Source: Auanema rhodensis
Taxonomy: Eukaryota; Animalia; Nematoda
DNA length: 64,000 nucleotides
Direction of reading: 5' to 3'
Assembly (NCBI GenBank): GCA_964057225.1
Contig: OZ059895.1
Span: 22,072,001 to 22,136,000, forward strand
Shown here: positions 57,601-64,000 of the stretch, one piece after another
Position numbering within the stretch: position 1 is the stretch's first letter
How the letters are laid out: each line of letters starts with the position of its first letter
The notes under the pieces: generated by a model
Database searches by the model: none
What the model was told of the DNA's origin: nothing
What the model saw: the letters and a program-made list of their open reading frames with translations, nothing else
Program-made: the position numbers and the translations under genes

Positions 57601-57848
57601 CATATTAGTCTAAAAACAAATTTTTATTAATATTGGTGCATGGTAACCATGACTTTGAAATTTACGTGAACTTTAATTTATGCTAATTAAGTGTACACAT
57701 GATGTGCACTTGGTATGTAACTCGCTTCACGTGAAAGATGAAGAGATGCGGTTTTCAAAATTAGATTCCTCATGTCCATATTAGTCTAAAAACGAATTTT
57801 TATTGATATTGGTGCATGGTAACCATGACTTTGAAATTTACGTGAACT
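51679..57848 (+). repeat. Higher-order duplication of an 18-mer (3174 bp) containing 178-bp monomers
   Basis: GAAAGACAAAAAAGG (+2) at 52091, 53501, 54735, 55265 and 56675. The AAGTAAC variant is at 53661/56835. Paired markers are 3174 bp apart (18x176+6). Confidence 0.85.
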
Positions 57849-60800
57849 TTAATTTATGCTAATTAAGTGTACACATGATGTGCGCTTGGTATGTAACTCG
57901 CTTCACGTGAAAGATAAAGAGATGCGGTTTTCAAAATTAGATTCCCCATTTCCATATTAGTCTAAAAACAAATTTTTATTGATATTGGTGCATGGCAACC
58001 ATGACTTTAAAATTTACGTGAACTTTAATTTATGCTAATTAAGTGTACACATGATGTGCACTTGGTATGTAACTCGCTTCACGTCAAAGATAAAGAGATG
58101 CGGTTTTCAAAATTAGATTCCCCATGTCCATATTAGTCTAAAAACAAATTTTTATTAATATTGGTGCATGGTAACCATGACTTTGAAATTTACGTGAACT
58201 TTAATTTATGCTAATTAAGTGTACACATGATGTGCACTTGGTATGTAACTCGCTTCACGTCAAAGATAAAGAGATGCGGTTTTCAAAATTAGATTCCCCA
58301 TGTCCATATTAGTCTAAAAACAAATTTTTATTGATATTGGTGCATGGCAACCATGACTTTAAAATTTACGTGAACTTTAATTTATGCTAATTAAGTGTAC
58401 ACATGATGGGCACTTGGTATGTAACTCGCTTCACGTCAAAGATAAAGAGATGCGGTTTTCAAAATTAGATTCCCCATGTCCATATTAGTCTAAAAACAAA
58501 TTTTTATTAATATTGGTGCATGGTAACCATGACTTTGAAATTTACGTGAACTTTAATTTATGCTAATTAAGTGTACACATGATGTGCACTTGGTATGTAA
58601 CTCGCTTCACGTCAAAGATAAAGAGATGCGGTTTTCAAAATTAGATTCCCCATTTCCATATTAGTCTAAAAACGAATTTTTATCGATATTGGTGCATGGT
58701 AACCATGACTTTGAAATTTACGTGAACTTTAATTTATGCTAATTAAGTGTACACATGATGTGCACTTGGTATGTAACTCGCTTCACGTGAAAGATGAAGA
58801 GATGCGGTTTTCAAAATTAGATTCCTCATGTCCATATTAGTCTAAAAACAAATTTTTATTAATATTGGTGCATGGTAACCATGATTTTGAAATTTACGTG
58901 AACTTTAATTTATGCTAATTAAGTGTACACATGATGTGCGCTTGGTATGTAACTCGCTTCACGTGAAAGATAAAGAGATGCGGTTTTCAAAATTAGATTC
59001 CCCATTTCCATATTAGTCTAAAAACAAATTTTTATTGATATTGGTGCATGGCAACCATGACTTTAAAATTTATGTGAACTTTAATTTATGCTAATTAAGT
59101 GTACACATGATGTGCACTTGGTATGTAACTCGCTTCACGTCAAAGATAAAGAGATGCGGTTTTCAAAATTAGATTCCCCATGTCCATATTAGTCTAAAAA
59201 CAAATTTTTATTAATATTGGTGCATGGTAACCATGACTTTGAAATTTACGTGAACTTTAATTTATGCTAATTAAGTGTACACATGATGTGCACTTGGTAT
59301 GTAACTCGCTTCACGTGAAAGATGAAGAGATGCGGTTTTCAAAATTAGATTCCTCATGTCCATATTAGTCTAAAAACGAATTTTTATTGATATTGGTGCA
59401 TGGTAACCATGACTTTGAAATTTACGTGAACTTTAATTTATGCTAATTAAGTGTACACATGATGTGCGCTTGGTATGTAACTCGCTTCACGTGAAAGATA
59501 AAGAGATGCGGTTTTCAAAATTAGATTCCCCATTTCCATATTAGTCTAAAAACAAATTTTTATTGATATTGGTGCATGGCAACCATGACTTTAAAATTTA
59601 CGTGAACTTTAATTTATGCTAATTAAGTGTACACATGATGTGCACTTGGTATGTAACTCGCTTCACGTCAAAGATAAAGAGATGCGGTTTTCAAAATTAG
59701 ATTCCCCATGTCCATATTAGTCTAAAAACAAATTTTTATTAATATTGGTGCATGGTAACCATGACTTTGAAATTTACGTGAACTTTAATTTATGCTAATT
59801 AAGTGTACACATGATGTGCACTTGGTATGTAACTCGCTTCACGTCAAAGATAAAGAGATGCGGTTTTCAAAATTAGATTCCCCATGTCCATATTAGTCTA
59901 AAAACAAATTTTTATTGATATTGGTGCATGGCAACCATAACTTTAAAATTTACGTGAACTTTAATTTATGCTAATTAAGTGTACACATGATGGGCACTTG
60001 GTATGTAACTCGCTTCACGTCAAAGATAAAGAGATGCGGTTTTCAAAATTAGATTCCCCATGTCCATATTAGTCTAAAAACAAATTTTTATTAATATTGG
60101 TGCATGGTAACCATGACTTTGAAATTTACGTGAACTTTAATTTATGCTAATTAAGTGTACACATGATGTGCACTTGGTATGTAACTCGCTTCACGTCAAA
60201 GATAAAGAGATGCGGTTTTCAAAATTAGATTCCCCATTTCCATATTAGTCTAAAAACGAATTTTTATCGATATTGGTGCATGGTAACCATGACTTTGAAA
60301 TTTACGTGAACTTTAATTTATGCTAATTAAGTGTACACATGATGTGCACTTGGTATGTAACTCGCTTCACGTGAAAGATGAAGAGATGCGGTTTTCAAAA
60401 TTAGATTCCTCATGTCCATATTAGTCTAAAAACAAATTTTTATTAATATTGGTGCATGGTAACCATGATTTTGAAATTTACGTGAACTTTAATTTATGCT
60501 AATTAAGTGTACACATGATGTGCGCTTGGTATGTAACTCGCTTCACGTGAAAGATAAAGAGATGCGGTTTTCAAAATTAGATTCCCCATTTCCATATTAG
60601 TCTAAAAACAAATTTTTATTGATATTGGTGCATGGCAACCATGACTTTAAAATTTACGTGAACTTTAATTTATGCTAATTAAGTGTACACATGATGTGCA
60701 CTTGGTATGTAACTCGCTTCACGTCAAAGATAAAGAGATGCGGTTTTCAAAATTAGATTCCCCATGTCCATATTAGTCTAAAAACAAATTTTTATTAATA

Positions 60801-61016
60801 TTGGTGCATGGTAACCATGACTTTGAAATTTACGTGAACTTTAATTTATGCTAATTAAGTGTACACATGATGTGCACTTGGTATGTAACTCGCTTCACGT
60901 GAAAGATGAAGAGATGCGGTTTTCAAAATTAGATTCCTCATGTCCATATTAGTCTAAAAACGAATTTTTATTGATATTGGTGCATGGTAACCATGACTTT
61001 GAAATTTACGTGAACT
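57497..61016 (+). repeat. Higher-order duplication with 9-mer period (1584 bp)
   Basis: TGGGCAC at 58407/59991 and ATGATTTTG at 58881/60465. Boundaries are approximate. Confidence 0.8.
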
Positions 61017-64000
61017 TTAATTTATGCTAATTAAGTGTACACATGATGTGCACTTGGTATGTAACTCGCTTCACGTGAAAGATGAAAAGATGCGGTTTTC
61101 AAAATTAGATTCCCCATGTCCATATTAGTCTAAAAACAAATTTTTATTGATATTGGTGCATGGTAACCATGACTTTGAAATTTACGTGAACTTTAATTTA
61201 TGCTAATTAAGTGTACACATGATGTGCACTTGGTATGTAACTCGCTTCACGTCAAAGATAAAGAGATGCGGTTTTCAAAATTAGATTCCCCATGTCCATA
61301 TTAGTCTAAAAACAAATTTTTATTAATATTGGTGCATGGTAACCATGACTTTGAAATTTACGTGAACTTTAATTTATGCTAATTAAGTGTACACATGATG
61401 TGAACTTGGTATGTAACTCGCTTCACGTGAAAGATGAAGAGATGCGGTTTTCAAAATTAGATTCCTCATGTCCATATTAGTCTAAAAACGAATTTTTATC
61501 GATATTGGTGCATGGTAACCATGACTTTGAAATTTACGTGAACTTTAATTTATGCTAATTAAGTGTACACATGATGTGCGCTTGGTATGTAACTCGCTTC
61601 ACGTGAAAGATAAAGAGATGCGGTTTTCAAAATTAGATTCCCCATTTCCATATTAGTCTAAAAACAAATTTTTATTGATATTGGTGCATGGCAACCATGA
61701 CTTTAAAATTTACGTGAACTTTAATTTATGCTAATTAAGTGTACACATGATGTGCACTTGGTATGTAACTCGCTTCACGTCAAAGATAAAGAGATGCGGT
61801 TTTCAAAATTAGATTCCCCATGTCCATATTAGTCTAAAAACAAATTTTTATTAATATTGGTGCATGGTAACCATGACTTTGAAATTTACGTGAACTTTAA
61901 TTTATGCTAATTAAGTGTACACATGATGTGCACTTGGTATGTAACTCGCTTCACGTGAAAGATGAAGAGATGCGGTTTTCAAAATTAGATTCCTCATGTC
62001 CATATTAGTCTAAAAACGAATTTTTATTGATATTGATGCATGGTAACCATGACTTTGAAATTTACGTGAACTTTAATTTATGCTAATTAAGTGTACACAT
62101 GATGTGCGCTTGGTATGTAACTCGCTTCACGTGAAAGATAAAGAGATGCGGTTTTCAAAATTAGATTCCCCATTTCCATATTAGTCTAAAAACAAATTTT
62201 TATTGATATTGGTGCATGGCAACCATGACTTTAAAATTTACGTGAACTTTAATTTATGCTAATTAAGTGTACACATGATGTGCACTTGGTATGTAACTCG
62301 CTTCACGTCAAAGATAAAGAGATGCGGTTTTCAAAATTAGATTCCCTATGTCCATATTAGTCTAAAAACAAATTTTTATTAATATTGGTGCATGGTAACC
62401 ATGACTTTGAAATTTACGTGAACTTTAATTTATGCTAATTAAGTGTACACATGATGTGCACTTGGTATGTAACTCGCTTCACGTGAAAGATGAAGAGATG
62501 CGGTTTTCAAAATTAGATTCCTCATGTCCATATTAGTCTAAAAACAAATTTTTATTAATATTGGTGCATGGTAACCATGACTTTGAAATTTACGTGAACT
62601 TTAATTTATGCTAATTAAGTGTACACATGATGTGCACTTGGTATGTAACTCGCTTCACGTGAAAGATGAAGAGATGCGGTTTTCAAAATTAGATTCCTCA
62701 TGTCCATATTAGTCTAAAAACGAATTTTTATTGATATTGGTGCATGGTAACCATGACTTTGAAATTTACGTGAACTTTAATTTATGCTAATTAAGTGTAC
62801 ACATGATGTGCACTTGGTATGTAACTCGCTTCACGTGAAAGATGAAGAGATGCGGTTTTCAAAATTAGATTCCCCATTTCCATATTAGTCTAAAAACAAA
62901 TTTTTATTGATATGGGTGCATGGTAACCATGACTTTGAAATTTACGTGAACTTTAATTTATGCTAATTAAGTGTACACATGATGTGCGCTTGGTATGTAA
63001 CTCGCTTCACGTGAAAGATAAAGAGATGCGGTTTTCAAAATTAGATTCCCCATTTCCATGTTAGTCTAAAAACAAATTTTTATTGATATTGGTGCATGGC
63101 AACCATGACTTTAAAATTTACGTGAACTTTAATTTATGCTAATTAAGTGTACACATGATGTGCACTTGGTATGTAACTCGCTTCACGTGAAAGACAAAGA
63201 GATGCGGTTTTCAAAATTAGATTCCCCATTTCCATGTTAGTCTAAAAACAAATTTTTATTGATATTGGTGCATGGCAACCATGACTTTAAAATTTACGTG
63301 AACTTTAATTTATGCTAATTAAGTGTACACATGATGTGCGCTTGGTATGTAACTCGCTTCACGTGAAAGATAAAGAGATGCGGTTTTCAAAATTAGATTC
63401 CCCATTTCCATGTTAGTCTAAAAACAAATTTTTATTGATATTGGTGCATGGCAACCATGACTTTAAAATTTACGTGAACTTTAATTTATGCTAATTAAGT
63501 GTACACATGATGTGCACTTGGTATGTAACTCGCTTCACGTCAAAGATAAAGAGATGCGGTTTTCAAAATTAGATTCCCCATGTCCATATTAGTCTAAAAA
63601 CAAATTTTTATCGATATTGGTGCATGGTAACCATGACTTTGAAATTTACGTGAACTTTAATTTATGCTAATTAAGTGTACACATGATGTGCACTTGGTAT
63701 GTAACTCGCTTCACGTCAAAGATAAAGAGATGCGGTTTTCAAAATTAGATTCCCTATGTCCATATTAGTCTAAAAACAAATTTTTATTAATATTGGTGCA
63801 TGGTAACCATGACTTTGAAATTTACGTGAACTTTAATTTATGCTAATTAAGTGTACACATGATGTGCACTTGGTATGTAACTCGCTTCACGTGAAAGATG
63901 AAGAGATGCGGTTTTCAAAATTAGATTCCTCATGTCCATATTAGTCTAAAAACGAATTTTTATCGATATTGGTGCATGGTAACCATGACTTTAAAATTTA

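Larger units (their letters stand above)
1..64000. repeat. Tandem satellite DNA array, 176-bp monomer, 362 full copies + 1 partial; probable centromeric/pericentromeric satellite
   Basis: TTAATTTATGCT recurs at 1, 177, 353, 528, 704 ... 63833. All copies are in one orientation with no unique sequence between them, and the array runs off both window edges. The centromeric role is inferred from the nucleosome-scale monomer, AT richness and homogeneity, not shown. Confidence 0.98.

Noticed and set aside
1-64000. CRISPR array (regular repeats with palindromes)
   Set aside because: There are no unique spacers: the whole 176 bp is repeated, and no cas genes or leader are present.
1-64000. Protein-coding repeat ORF
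   Set aside because: 176 is not a multiple of 3, so any frame cycles through all three phases and meets the frequent TAA/TGA/TAG codons present on both strands. No long ORF is possible.

Overview
The whole 64-kb window is one uninterrupted head-to-tail tandem array of a 176-bp AT-rich (~32% GC) satellite monomer. It holds 362 complete copies plus a 168-bp partial copy, all in one orientation, and copies differ by only a few substitutions. Consensus: TTAATTTATGCTAATTAAGTGTACACATGATGTGCACTTGGTATGTAACTCGCTTCACGT(G/C)AAAGATAAAGAGATGCGGTTTTCAAAATTAGATTCCCCATGTCCATATTAGTCTAAAAACAAATTTTTATT(A/G)ATATTGGTGCATGGTAACCATGACTTTGAAATTTACGTGAACT. I see no genes, RNA genes, transposon insertions or CRISPR spacers. 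Monomer length, homogeneity and array size fit a eukaryotic centromeric or pericentromeric satellite (inference); I do not recognise the family or host. The points of interest are structural. The monomer contains an ~84-bp in-register degenerate palindrome plus several short palindromes, including TTCACGTGAA. The array is layered into domains with private variants and local higher-order duplications of 5-32 monomers. Length variants (175, 183, 191, 170 and 178 bp) record individual recombination or slippage events. My indel census (12 x -1, 2 x +7, 8 x +15, 2 x -6, 5 x +2; net +120 bp) reconciles exactly with 362 x 176 bp up to the last monomer start at 63833.
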